From NCBI GenBank assembly GCA_963667785.2, contig CAXXMU010000006.1, forward strand, positions 1,141,779 through 1,205,778: a stretch of 64,000 bases of DNA. The letters are read 5' to 3'. Both the position numbers and the translations under genes were made by a program. Each line of letters starts with the position of its first letter. The stretch's first letter is position 1. The DNA is from Alphaproteobacteria bacterium. Lineage in GTDB: Bacteria > Pseudomonadota > Alphaproteobacteria > UBA828. Positions 1 to 9,379 of this stretch are shown in pieces. Under the pieces are notes generated by a model. It ran no database searches and had not been told where the DNA came from. It saw only the letters and a list, made by a program, of their open reading frames with translations.

Positions 1-9
1 AGGATCGCC

Positions 10-978
10 GTGATCCGAGTCCTGACGATGGCTGCCCTTGCCGCTCTGCTGCCGCTCGCCGCGTGCGGCGGGGGAGGGGGAGGATCGGGGCCTGCGCCCG
101 ATCCCTCGAGCAGCGATATCCGGGAGCTCATCGGCATGGCCGCGCCGGCCGAGAAAGCCGCCCAGCAGAACGCCCGCGCGGACGGCATCACCGACCGCAC
201 CACCTTCCTTCAGCTCTCCCCGCTCTACGGGAACTCGACCCACCCCGACCTCCCCGCATACGACACGCAAACGAGGTCGTGCGGCTGGATCGAGGGCTAC
301 GGCCACTATTGCGAAGCTCTTGTTTCCGACGAAGTCGCCGACATCATTGCTCTCACTTCTCTGGAGGTACAGATTTCGGACATCGGCTTCCAGACGATCG
401 AGGGTGGCCCCGGGTTCGAGATCACCAGGAACGACGCCGAGGCCGTCGGCACCAGCAACGGCATCACCCTGGTGAAGAGCGTCGTGGAGGCAAAGGTCGA
501 GGAAGGCGTCACCGACGGCACCAGCTACGGCGCCTGGATGGAGCACGGGGCCTTCGGCGTGCTGACGATCGGCATTCCTGACGAGGGTATCTTCCTGTCC
601 GGCCGCTACGCAATCGCGGGCGGCGCACGAAACAACGACGCGCCGACGGTCGACGCGACCTGGCGCGGCGTCATGGTCGGCACCCCGGCGACCGGCGCCC
701 ACCGCGGCGACCTGCTGCAGGGCGACGCGACCCTGCGCTACGACCAGACCTCGCTCGACGCGACCTTCGCCAACATCAAGAACCTCGACAGGCTCGCGGC
801 GCACTCGGTCGAGACGGTGCGCTTCGAGGACATCCCCTTCTACGAGAACGGAACCTACTGGACCGGCGTCGAGCACGACTTCATCTGGGGTGCCTTCTAC
901 GGCCCCGACCAGGCCGAGACCGCCGGCATCTTCGAGCAGTCGAACATCGTCGGCGCGTTCGGTGCCAAGCGCCAGTGA
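10..978 (+). CDS. TbpB-like (transferrin-binding protein-like) surface lipoprotein
   Basis: Lipobox LAAC followed by poly-Gly linker; C-terminal beta-barrel signature GAFYGPDQAETAGIFEQSNIVGAFGAKR. Confidence 0.8.
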   Translation: MIRVLTMAALAALLPLAACGGGGGGSGPAPDPSSSDIRELIGMAAPAEKAAQQNARADGITDRTTFLQLSPLYGNSTHPDLPAYDTQTRSCGWIEGYGHYCEALVSDEVADIIALTSLEVQISDIGFQTIEGGPGFEITRNDAEAVGTSNGITLVKSVVEAKVEEGVTDGTSYGAWMEHGAFGVLTIGIPDEGIFLSGRYAIAGGARNNDAPTVDATWRGVMVGTPATGAHRGDLLQGDATLRYDQTSLDATFANIKNLDRLAAHSVETVRFEDIPFYENGTYWTGVEHDFIWGAFYGPDQAETAGIFEQSNIVGAFGAKRQ

Positions 979-1158
979 ACATGACCAGCTTGCCCCCTGC
1001 CGGACTCGGCACACGACATGCCGGCAGGACAAGACGGGAGCCCTCCGCGCTTACATCCCTGGGCGCAAGGCCCATGGGGGCTCCCGCGTTCCTGGGGCCG
1101 CCCGCGCAAGCCACCAGTTGGCTCTCCTACCAGTGGCGGCGGGCGGCCCCTTTTCCCC

Positions 1159-1257
1159 ATGACTAACCTGCAGCAGCGCTTCGTCCTGCTCGTGTTGGGC
1201 CTCGCCGGCATCGCCCTGACGCTCGCGATCGTGCTGCTGCTGCTGGTGGGAGAATGA
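1159..1257 (+). CDS. small hydrophobic membrane peptide
   Basis: MTNLQQRFVLLVLGLAGIALTLAIVLLLLVGE, a single TM helix; ATGA overlap with the next ORF. Confidence 0.4.
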   Translation: MTNLQQRFVLLVLGLAGIALTLAIVLLLLVGE

Positions 1258-1460
1258 TGGGAGTCAGCATGTGGTCGGCTCTCCCGGCAATCGTGATCGC
1301 AGCGATATGGATTGCGCTGGCCATCGCGACGGCAGTGATCGCTGCAAAGAAAGGGCGCAGCGGTTTCCGATGGTTCTTCCTCGGGCTGCTGCTTCCCTTT
1401 GCAATCCCATTTGTGCTGGTCGCCACACTGCATGCTCGTGCCTGTGCCCATTGGCGATGA
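1254..1460 (+). CDS. small membrane protein
   Basis: Two hydrophobic segments around KKGRSGFRWF. Confidence 0.5.
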   Translation: MMGVSMWSALPAIVIAAIWIALAIATAVIAAKKGRSGFRWFFLGLLLPFAIPFVLVATLHARACAHWR

Positions 1461-1483
1461 CGTACGCGAAAGGACGCAAGCCC

Positions 1484-1927
1484 ATGACCCGCCGCTTCGC
1501 AGACCTGAAGCCCGGCGCGCGCTTCGAGAGCGCCGGCAAGACCCTGAGCGAGTCCGAGATCCTCGACTTCGCCCTGCGCTACGACCCGCAGCCGCTGCAC
1601 ATGGACGTCCCGCGCGCGGCCGAGGGGCCCTATGGCGGGCTGATCGCGAGCGGCATCCACACCCTCGCGATCGCCATCCGCCTCATGATGCAGTCGGGCG
1701 CGTTCGACCTCGACGACCAGGTCGGCTCGCCCGGCATCGAGGAGCTGCGCTGGCTGCAGCCCGTGCGGCCCGGCGACACCCTCCACGTCGTCGGCACGGT
1801 GATCGAGGCCCGGCCGTCGAAGTCCATGCCCGAGTGCGGGATCGTCCGCTACAGCCTCGACGTGCTCAACCAGAAGGGCGAGGTCGTGACGACCCTGATC
1901 AGCACGGCCATCATGCGGCGCGACTAG
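1484..1927 (+). CDS. MaoC/PaaZ-like hot-dog fold dehydratase
   Basis: FALRYDPQPLHMD, GLIASGIHT and LRWLQPVRPGDTL motifs; ATG at 1484 with AAGGA upstream. Confidence 0.85.
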   Translation: MTRRFADLKPGARFESAGKTLSESEILDFALRYDPQPLHMDVPRAAEGPYGGLIASGIHTLAIAIRLMMQSGAFDLDDQVGSPGIEELRWLQPVRPGDTLHVVGTVIEARPSKSMPECGIVRYSLDVLNQKGEVVTTLISTAIMRRD

Positions 1928-1935
1928 GAGGGGGA

Positions 1936-2247
1936 ATGGCCCGGCCCCCGGTCCTGTCGCCCTTCCACAGCCGCACCCAGATGCGGGTGCTCCTCGCCAT
2001 ATTCGAGGAGGGCTCCGCCACCCATGCCGCGGTCAGCCTGGACGCAAGCCAGCCTCAGGTGTCCAGGGTCCTGGGCGAGGTCGAGGCGCAACTCGGCGTC
2101 AGGCTGTTCGAGCGCAGTCGCCAGGGAATGCGCGCGACGGTGGCGGGAATGCTCGTGGTCAGCCATGCCCGGAAGATCCTGCACGCAATGGACGACGCCG
2201 ACCGCGAGCTCGACGAGTACCGCGCGAAACTCGGCGGCGGGAGATGA
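1936..2247 (+). CDS. LysR-family HTH-only regulator
   Basis: EEGSATHAAVSLDASQPQVSRVLGEVEAQLGVRLFERS; stops after about 103 aa with no effector domain; GGAGG RBS. Confidence 0.75.
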   Translation: MARPPVLSPFHSRTQMRVLLAIFEEGSATHAAVSLDASQPQVSRVLGEVEAQLGVRLFERSRQGMRATVAGMLVVSHARKILHAMDDADRELDEYRAKLGGGR

Positions 2248-2254
2248 GGGCGGC

Positions 2255-2509
2255 ATGCCGGGAGACGACTTCAGCAGCGAGAGCGGAGAGACGCACCGCA
2301 TCGGCCTGACGCAGGTGATCCCCGCCGAGACCCAGGATGGCCGGAAGGTGGTGGTGCTCCGCCTCGGCCACGCGCCCGTCGAAGGGACGCCCAGGGACGC
2401 CACCAGGCAGTTCGAGGTCGTGCTCTTCGCCGACGAGGCGCTGGCCCTGGCGGACGCGCTGCGAGAGGCGGCCGTGGACCCTGCGGCCGCGCCGACGCGC
2501 CGCCGGTAG
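2255..2509 (+). CDS. hypothetical protein
   Basis: Globular-looking 84-aa ORF directly after the LysR stop codon. Confidence 0.45.
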   Translation: MPGDDFSSESGETHRIGLTQVIPAETQDGRKVVVLRLGHAPVEGTPRDATRQFEVVLFADEALALADALREAAVDPAAAPTRRR

Positions 2510-2582
2510 CCGGGCCCATGCGGATGGCGCTCTACCCGGTCCCGCGGGCCTCTGCGTCGATCGCGCATGATTAAGCACGGCG

Positions 2583-3527
2583 ATGAGGCGGCGAGAGGGG
2601 AGAAAAGTGTCCGACCAATTACCCACTGAAACAAGCCTCAAGGCAAAGCTAGGCCTGACGGGACTGGATGCTCGCACGAACTCGCGTGCGATAGCTGCAT
2701 TTGATCATTTGCTCGCTGATATCATTGACGTTCCGCGATCACTCATTCGGGAATGGAAGGAACGCAGAGAGCAGAAGAGACCATTGGAAAATGCTATAGA
2801 TACTGCCATTAGGCAAGAGCAATTGCGGAGGTTGACGAATAGGGTGATTGTAGTCGAGAAGGCCGTGGAATGTCTTGAGGCAACGAAAAGCAATCAGGAT
2901 GATGACCAGGATGCCCCAGAGGTTGATTCTGATTGGCTCAATTACATTGGCTCTTATTCGGAAAAGGCTAGCTCAGAGCATGTTCGGGATTTATGGGGCA
3001 GAGTGCTGGCAGGTGAAATCCGTCGTCCCGGCTCGTTTTCACTGAGCACTCTGCGCCTTTTGGCGGAACTAGATCAACAAATAGCTAGCTGGTTTGAAGA
3101 GGAAGTTGCGCTTCGTCATAATGGAGATTGCATCATTCGATATGAAGGGAGTCTTGAGGGAGACCGACTTACTAGATTGCAATTTCTCGAAGAAGTGGGG
3201 CTTATTAGCAGTGCGCTGACGGTTGCGCCGATTAAGCGGCTTTTCGAATTGGATGACCGGGGATTTGCTGCAATTATGGAAGGAGAGTTGGCGTTGCGTG
3301 TATATGCGGATAATGATTTCCAATTGGAGATCATACCTCTGACTCGCTCGGGCGAAGAAATATGCAAAATTCTCCCTCCAGTTAATGATGCAAGTGTTCT
3401 TTTGAACATAGCGGAGAAGTTGGACAAATTCGCGACGAAAATGTCAATACACAGGGTTACTATCAAGACAGAGCACGAATTTGCTCATCATAGTACTCCC
3501 ATTATGGTCATCAAACCTCCGTCATAG
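2583..3527 (+). CDS. DUF2806-domain protein
   Basis: DWLNYIGSYSEKASSEHVRDLWGRVLAGEIRRPGSFSLSTL motif; visibly lower GC than flanks. Confidence 0.75.
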   Translation: MRRREGRKVSDQLPTETSLKAKLGLTGLDARTNSRAIAAFDHLLADIIDVPRSLIREWKERREQKRPLENAIDTAIRQEQLRRLTNRVIVVEKAVECLEATKSNQDDDQDAPEVDSDWLNYIGSYSEKASSEHVRDLWGRVLAGEIRRPGSFSLSTLRLLAELDQQIASWFEEEVALRHNGDCIIRYEGSLEGDRLTRLQFLEEVGLISSALTVAPIKRLFELDDRGFAAIMEGELALRVYADNDFQLEIIPLTRSGEEICKILPPVNDASVLLNIAEKLDKFATKMSIHRVTIKTEHEFAHHSTPIMVIKPPS

Positions 3528-3607
3528 ACAGGGAAACAGGCCCCTGTCCTTCGTCGGCTCTGACCCTCGGGCGTTCCCGAGCGCCAAGAGGCACCTCACC
3601 GCCAACC

Positions 3608-3824
3608 GTGACAATTCAGCAACAACGCGCCCGGAAAACGCACCGGCCGGGCCGTTCCCGACTGTCTGGCGGCGAGCGGGGCGATAGCCTCCCCACAGTG
3701 CTCTGCCGAAACGGCAAGCAACAATAGGAGGAGAGACGTTATGCGGAAGGTTCTTCTCGGCACGACCGCCTTGGTCGCGGCCGCCGCGTTCGCCGGGATC
3801 GGCGTCGCACAGGCCGACGACGAG
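3608..3824 (+). repeat. diverged direct repeat copy 1 of porin upstream region and 5' end (copy 2 at 6589-6805)
   Basis: Aligns with 6589-6805 at an offset of 2981 bp, including the RBS and atgcggaaggttcttctcggcacgaccgcc. Confidence 0.9.
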
Positions 3825-3848
3825 GCGGCGGGGTGTTCCTTTTCCTGA
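3741..3848 (+). pseudogene. truncated porin copy (signal peptide only)
   Basis: MRKVLLGTTALVAAAAFAGIGVAQADDE is identical to the N-terminus of the 6722 porin, then AAGCSFS-stop. Confidence 0.8.
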
Positions 3849-3905
3849 AGCCCCGCGGTTCGGGCAGGTGGATTGGAGCTTCACCCGTGACCGCGGGTGC
3901 CGGCA

Positions 3906-6527
3906 TCACCAGCGCAGGGAACCGCGCAGCGTCAGACTGTGCTCGGGGTCATGATAACGGGCGCGCTCGCGCCTTGTGCCTTCGACGCTCAGCCCCGCGT
4001 CCGGCTCCAACTGCCAGCGCATGCCGGCGCGCCACGATCGCGCGCCTTCCCCGGCGAGCCCAAGCCCCGCATAAGGCGTCACCACCCCGAGCACCGGCGC
4101 GGCGGCGAGACCGTAGCCGATCTCCGCATCCATGCGCCCGGCTGCACGGTAAGCCGGCCACGTTTCCCCCATGACCCCGGTCTCCCACAGCCGTCGGACG
4201 CCGCTGGCGGTCCGGCCCCAGGCCGGCTGCACGCTGAGCGCGAGACCCTCGCCCGTCGCGCTCGGGTCGATCCGCACCAGCCCGCTCACGCCCCACTCCT
4301 CGTGGTCGCCGCCGTGCGTCAACAGCGTCCGAACCCGGCCCTCGAAGGTCAGTCCGGCCGCTGCGTCCGAATACCGCAGGCCGCCCCCGGCCTCGATACC
4401 GTTGCCGGTCTCGCCGTCGCCGCCGTCATTGCGCAGGCCGATCTTGACCGACGGCGTGAGCGTCCCTCCCGAGGAGAGATTCCGGGCGTGCGATCCCTCC
4501 AGCGCCAGCCGCTGACGGCTGACGCTCAACGACATGCTCCTGAGGGTCGCCGCGCCATCGACTTCGGCCCGCGTGAAGGCTGCTTCGCCCTTGAGGGCGA
4601 GGCGTGTGATACCGCCCTCGATCAGCTGATCGCTGGACACCAGGGGCTCGTTCGCGCCCGCCGCGAACATCTGCTGCGTCAGGGCGCTCGCTCCGGTCCC
4701 GTTCGCATCCTCGATCTCGATCTCGCCCGTGCCGGTGCCGACCGCGGCCCACAGGCTCATGCCGCCCGGCGTCTGCCAGCCCATATAGGGGTTGACGCTC
4801 GTCACGCTGGTCGTCACCTCACCCGTCACCCCGTAAGAGTCGGTGTAGTCCACCGCGCTCGTCGACTGCGCCAGCGTCATGCCTGCCAGCACGTCTGCGC
4901 TCAGCCGGGTATCGAACCCGAGGCTGGCGCTCACCACGCTGCCGTCGTAGTCCACGGTCTCCGAGGTGCCGCCGGAGAAGCTGCGGTAGTCCCCGCTGCC
5001 CCAGAGCGTGAGGTTCCCGAACAGGCCGCCGCCTCCGCCATCCGCCGCGTTGAGCGCGAGCGTGAAGGACGAGTTCGCGAGCAACCGGGTGAGATCGAAG
5101 GTGCCGTCCTCCAGCGCCTGCCCGTTTGCCATCACCGCATCGGAAAGCGTGGAGGCCCCGCCGAAGCTGAGTTCCGCATCCGCCGCGCTGCCGGAGGCTG
5201 CCCGCTCCACGCGGCTGGAGATGGCATCGACCGTGCTCGCGGTCATGGCCCGCATGACCTGCGGCAGAACCGACTGGACAACCGTTTTCCGACTCGCGGC
5301 GACGACCTCCGGCGAGTTCAGGTAAAAGCCCGACCCGACGATGAAGTCCAGGTTGAACGCGGTTCCGTCATGCCTCCTGATCGGAACGTTGAACTGGCGG
5401 GCGTAGCCTACTTTCGGGACATCGGCGCTGTCGCCCGGATCGGTGGGATCGTCGAAGTGATACACCAGGAAGCCCCCTTCCGGGCTGCTTTCCGCCGCTT
5501 CGATGACCTGCGGCAGGATGAGCTTTCCGGTAACGGCGTCCTGGGCCGTCGGCACCAGAGGACGATACTCGTATCTGTCCGGAAAGGCGCCGTGGAACCA
5601 GATGACATTGCTGGTGCGTTCCAATGCGTAGAGGTAAACCGAACCATGTTTCCAGGGCCCGTTCGGATCCCGCAAGGCGATCCTGGCCTTCGATATGGCG
5701 GCCGGATCGTTTTTCTCCAGGACCGAGAAAAAATACTTTATCGATTCCGTGACGAAAGCCTTCAGGGTCTTCCGGTCCACCACATCCGCGGCGGTAATGG
5801 CCGGGTTGCCGAAATCGATCTCCTCTTCGACCAGGTGAGATTCGTCGATCTCGAACCCGGCGAGCATTATCGGGATCTGCGGGTTGGCCGCATACACGGC
5901 AGCATAGCCGGAGGCGCCCGGGACATTGGGTACGTTGAACGACCCACCATTTCCGGCCGCGGCGGCGAAGGCGGCAAAAGCCGCAGCAGGGTCGGCAAGG
6001 CCGGCCGGATCGATTCCCAATGCCTGGAGGATCGCGCCGTAAATCGACGGGTCGAGCTTCCTGCCCGACAGCGCCATGGACTTCGCGTGTTCGAATACCC
6101 TGCCGTCGGGCGTCAGAAACACAAGGTAGGTGGAACCGGAACGCCAGGGGCTTCCTTCCTCCCTGATGCGGCATTGAAGGTATGCCGCTCCTTCAAGAGT
6201 CTGGACTTCCTGGCCCAGGCTCATATATCGATCCCGCGCGGCCAGAGCGAACTCCGTCAGGCTTGCGCTTCCGTCCTCCACCTGTTGCGCCGTCACGCGC
6301 GGAGGCGCGAGCGGAGCCATGCCGACAGGGAGCGGACAGGCTCCCTCCGCCTGCGCGAGGGCGGGGTTCGTGTTGGAAAAGGCGCCGACCATGACGAACA
6401 GACCGGCCACCAGAAGCGAGGAGATCCCCGCTTTCCATCGCGTGATATTCGTCGTGATCATCGTGAACGCTCCTGATGTGGAACGGGCGCAGGCGATACA
6501 GTAGTGCCCGTATCGTCGCGGGGACAA
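3906..6527 (-). CDS. autotransporter with Cache-like passenger domains
   Basis: Signal peptide (likely start near MITTN); two Cache-like repeats (GPW(R/K)xGSxYL); C-terminal beta-barrel ending in W. Confidence 0.8.
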   Translation of the reverse strand: MSPRRYGHYCIACARSTSGAFTMITTNITRWKAGISSLLVAGLFVMVGAFSNTNPALAQAEGACPLPVGMAPLAPPRVTAQQVEDGSASLTEFALAARDRYMSLGQEVQTLEGAAYLQCRIREEGSPWRSGSTYLVFLTPDGRVFEHAKSMALSGRKLDPSIYGAILQALGIDPAGLADPAAAFAAFAAAAGNGGSFNVPNVPGASGYAAVYAANPQIPIMLAGFEIDESHLVEEEIDFGNPAITAADVVDRKTLKAFVTESIKYFFSVLEKNDPAAISKARIALRDPNGPWKHGSVYLYALERTSNVIWFHGAFPDRYEYRPLVPTAQDAVTGKLILPQVIEAAESSPEGGFLVYHFDDPTDPGDSADVPKVGYARQFNVPIRRHDGTAFNLDFIVGSGFYLNSPEVVAASRKTVVQSVLPQVMRAMTASTVDAISSRVERAASGSAADAELSFGGASTLSDAVMANGQALEDGTFDLTRLLANSSFTLALNAADGGGGGLFGNLTLWGSGDYRSFSGGTSETVDYDGSVVSASLGFDTRLSADVLAGMTLAQSTSAVDYTDSYGVTGEVTTSVTSVNPYMGWQTPGGMSLWAAVGTGTGEIEIEDANGTGASALTQQMFAAGANEPLVSSDQLIEGGITRLALKGEAAFTRAEVDGAATLRSMSLSVSRQRLALEGSHARNLSSGGTLTPSVKIGLRNDGGDGETGNGIEAGGGLRYSDAAAGLTFEGRVRTLLTHGGDHEEWGVSGLVRIDPSATGEGLALSVQPAWGRTASGVRRLWETGVMGETWPAYRAAGRMDAEIGYGLAAAPVLGVVTPYAGLGLAGEGARSWRAGMRWQLEPDAGLSVEGTRRERARYHDPEHSLTLRGSLRW

Positions 6528-6588
6528 GACCCTGCCGCAATCCCTTCGTTTCGATGGCGATCATCCCGCCTTTCGCGAAGCGCCCCTT

Positions 6589-6805
6589 GTGACAATTCCG
6601 CCACATCGCGCCCGGAAAACGCACCGGCCAAGCCTTTCCCGATTGTCCGGCACCGGGCGCGGCGATAGCCTCCCCACAGTGCTATGCCGAAACGGCAAGC
6701 AACAACAAGAGGAGAGACGTTATGCGGAAGGTTCTTCTCGGCACGACCGCCCTGGTCGCGGCCGCCGCTTTCGCCGGGATCGGCGTCGCGCAGGCCGACG
6801 ACGAG
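6589..6805 (+). repeat. direct repeat copy 2 (porin promoter/5' end)
   Basis: See 3608-3824. Confidence 0.9.
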
Positions 6806-7741
6806 ATGGCGGCAGAGCCGATCTCGATCAGCGTCGGCGGCTACTACACCGCCGCCATCATCAATGCCGACACCGGCGACGACAGCCGTGGTCACAGCAT
6901 CCAGCAGAACAACGAGTTCAACCTCGGCGGCTCGACCACGCTCGACAACGGCATGACCGCCGGCGTCCGTGCGCGGCTCACCACGAACGACTACGAGCAC
7001 TCCGACGAGCGCGAGGTCTTCTTCAGCGGCGGCTTCGGTTCGATCCACCTCGGCAACATCGAGGGCGCGGCGCAGCAGAACGACACCTGGGTGCCGGGCA
7101 ACAGCGCGGCGATCGGCGGCATCAAGTCGCCGTGGTTCGGCGGCATCATGGGCGGCTGGACGACCAACGCCATCATGAACGAGGACTCCACCAAAATCGT
7201 GTACTTCGCGCCGAGCTTCAACGGCATCGGCTTGGCGGTCAGCTATGCGCCGGAGAACTCGACCCAGTCCTACGCCAGCGACAGCACGGCCGACGGCCAC
7301 AACTCCGAGCAGATGTCGGCTTCGCTGAGCTACTCGATGGATGTGGGCGGCGGCACCGTCAGCGCCAACGTCGGCACGGAGATGTACACGGCCGAAGCCG
7401 ACGACATGGGCAATGTCGGCGACGATCCCTCGGCGATGCGCTACGGCCTCGTGGTCAGCATCGACCAGATCGGGATCGGCGGCGCCATCCACGAGCAGGA
7501 TATGGGTGCCACGACGAACACCTATTCGACGTATGGCATCTCCTGGTCCGAGGGCCCGCTGATGATCGGCGTCCAGTACGGCAGCAACGAGCAAGGCGAG
7601 GATTCGACGACCCAGACCGCGCTCAACCTCAACTACAACCTGGGCCCCGGCGTCGATCTCGGCGTGCAGGCTGCCAACATCGAGCCCGATGGCGGCGGCG
7701 GCTACTCGCAGATCCTGCTCGGCACCTGGTTCGCCTTCTAG
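6722..7741 (+). CDS. alphaproteobacterial-type outer membrane porin
   Basis: Signal peptide; TTLDNGMTAG, FSGGFGSIHLG and KIVYFAPSFNGIGLAVSYAP motifs; C-terminal F. Confidence 0.85.
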   Translation: MRKVLLGTTALVAAAAFAGIGVAQADDEMAAEPISISVGGYYTAAIINADTGDDSRGHSIQQNNEFNLGGSTTLDNGMTAGVRARLTTNDYEHSDEREVFFSGGFGSIHLGNIEGAAQQNDTWVPGNSAAIGGIKSPWFGGIMGGWTTNAIMNEDSTKIVYFAPSFNGIGLAVSYAPENSTQSYASDSTADGHNSEQMSASLSYSMDVGGGTVSANVGTEMYTAEADDMGNVGDDPSAMRYGLVVSIDQIGIGGAIHEQDMGATTNTYSTYGISWSEGPLMIGVQYGSNEQGEDSTTQTALNLNYNLGPGVDLGVQAANIEPDGGGGYSQILLGTWFAF

Positions 7742-7853
7742 CGATCCGCGAACGGCCGGGAAGGGGTGCGGGTTCAGTCCTCGCGAGGGACTCCGCACCG
7801 TCCCGTCCCAGGGGAAGCGTCACCACCATGCAGGTGGCACCTCTCCGCTGCGC

Positions 7854-7890
7854 GGCCCCCGGGGCGACATCCCCGGGGGCCATTTTCTTT
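7854..7890 (+). terminator. rho-independent terminator after porin
   Basis: ggcccccgggg-cgacat-ccccgggggcc followed by attttcttt. Confidence 0.7.
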
Positions 7891-7924
7891 CGTGCGCCGC
7901 GCATCGGCGCGAGGAGGCCCACCG

Positions 7925-8683
7925 ATGAAGCATATCGCGATCCTGGCCCTCGGCCTCGCCGTGGTCCTGTCGGCCTGCGGCGGGGGCAGCTCAAAGGTCG
8001 TCTCCAAGCCCAATGACGACGACGACCCTCCCTCGGTCGGCACCGACCCCCTTGAGGAGATCAACGAGCGCGTGCTCTCGGACGCGATCTTCGATCTCGA
8101 TGACCGGCGCGTGCGGATGACAGAGTGGGAGTGCCGCGAGGACCTGTCGTTCATCTGCACCGCACGCCTCGGGCAGCTGGAGGCCTACGCCGATCCCCGC
8201 GGCGAGTTCACCTATGAGGTCCTCGGGGAATGGGAGCACCTGTACGTCGCCGGCGTCCACTACGACGACGGGGTGCTGTTCGCGGCCACCGCCGGCGTGA
8301 GGCACCCGGAAGCCAGCCTCCCCTCCGGCAGCGCCATGTGGACGGGGAACATGGTCGGCGTCCACCGCCCGCCGGAGACGCCGATGGACGAGCCCGGCCA
8401 GGTCGTGCGCGGCGGCGCGGAGATCACCCTGGTCGACTTCCAGGACCCCGCCATCGACGTGGTGCTGAGCCCTGAATCGCTGGACGTGATGGAGTGGCGA
8501 GACATCCCGGTGAAGGACGGCACGTTCTCCCAGGAAGGGGCGACGACGACGGATGCCCCGTGGCCGGGGCCGCCGAACCGGGCCGCCTACATCCAGGGCG
8601 TGTTCTACGGCCCCAACGCCGAGGAAGTGGGCGGGGTGTTCGAGGACGCGGGGATCGTCGGAGCCTTCGCGGCCGGCCGCTGA
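7925..8683 (+). CDS. TbpB-like surface lipoprotein (paralog of 10..978)
   Basis: Lipobox LSAC-GGG; C-terminus GVFYGPNAEEVGGVFEDAGIVGAFAAGR; AGGAGG RBS. Confidence 0.8.
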   Translation: MKHIAILALGLAVVLSACGGGSSKVVSKPNDDDDPPSVGTDPLEEINERVLSDAIFDLDDRRVRMTEWECREDLSFICTARLGQLEAYADPRGEFTYEVLGEWEHLYVAGVHYDDGVLFAATAGVRHPEASLPSGSAMWTGNMVGVHRPPETPMDEPGQVVRGGAEITLVDFQDPAIDVVLSPESLDVMEWRDIPVKDGTFSQEGATTTDAPWPGPPNRAAYIQGVFYGPNAEEVGGVFEDAGIVGAFAAGR

Positions 8684-8711
8684 AGACAGCTGGCGGGCGA
8701 GATCGGGGGAG

Positions 8712-9005
8712 TCAGTCCCCGGCCGGCGCGGCGGCCGCCTCGATCGCGGCCTCCCTCGCCCGCCAATTCATCGTCTCTTCGCGGCACCCCTGCCACGCCT
8801 CGGCGCACTTCGCATGGGCGTTCACCGCCTGGCGGGGCGTCTCGGGGCGCTCGAGCGGGCAGGTGTCCGTCGCCCGCGCCATGCAGGTCACCGGCGGGCG
8901 ATCGGGCGAGGGAGCCTGGATGACGGTCGTGCGGTCGCCGCCGCCGAGGCCGCAGCCGGCGAGGGCCAGGATCGCGATGCAGGATATGCAGATTGATTTC
9001 TGCAT
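8712..9005 (-). CDS. putative o-spanin-like lipoprotein
   Basis: Lipobox LAGC; Pro/Cys-rich; last gene of the lysis cluster. Confidence 0.55.
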   Translation of the reverse strand: MQKSICISCIAILALAGCGLGGGDRTTVIQAPSPDRPPVTCMARATDTCPLERPETPRQAVNAHAKCAEAWQGCREETMNWRAREAAIEAAAAPAGD

Positions 9006-9016
9006 CGTGCGGGAAA

Positions 9017-9379
9017 CTATCCTGCGTCGGCCGGCGGCCAGGGGAGCGGGCTGTCCCAGGTGCAACGTCCCGCTTCCGGCACCTCGTCTGCCTCGCTCTG
9101 CGGCGGCGCGGGAGCGAGGCTGAGCTCGTCGACCTGGGCCCGCAGCGCGGCGGTCTGCTCGCGCTCGTCGGCCAGGTCCGCGCTCACCCGGGCGTAGGCT
9201 GCCCGCGTCCCCTTCTGTGCCTCGTGGCCGGTCTCGATCGTGGCGCGGAGGTTGCGCGCCTCGGCATCCTCGGCGCCCTCCTGGTAGACGCATTCGTACA
9301 GGCTGCCCACGGCGGCCAGAAGCACCCCGCCGATCAGAGCGAACTTCAGGAGGCCGAGGCTGGCGCCGAAGCCGAGCAT
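9017..9379 (-). CDS. putative i-spanin (Rz-like)
   Basis: N-terminal TM followed by coiled coil; TGATG coupling with the endolysin. Confidence 0.55.
   Translation of the reverse strand: MLGFGASLGLLKFALIGGVLLAAVGSLYECVYQEGAEDAEARNLRATIETGHEAQKGTRAAYARVSADLADEREQTAALRAQVDELSLAPAPPQSEADEVPEAGRCTWDSPLPWPPADAG

Noticed and set aside
990-1155. Riboswitch in the hairpin-rich spacer after the first lipoprotein
   Set aside because: Three GC stems ending in a short U tract fit a terminator region; I recognised no aptamer consensus.
3897-6476. 859-aa plus-strand ORF
   Set aside because: Antisense shadow of the autotransporter; Arg/Pro-rich with no motifs.
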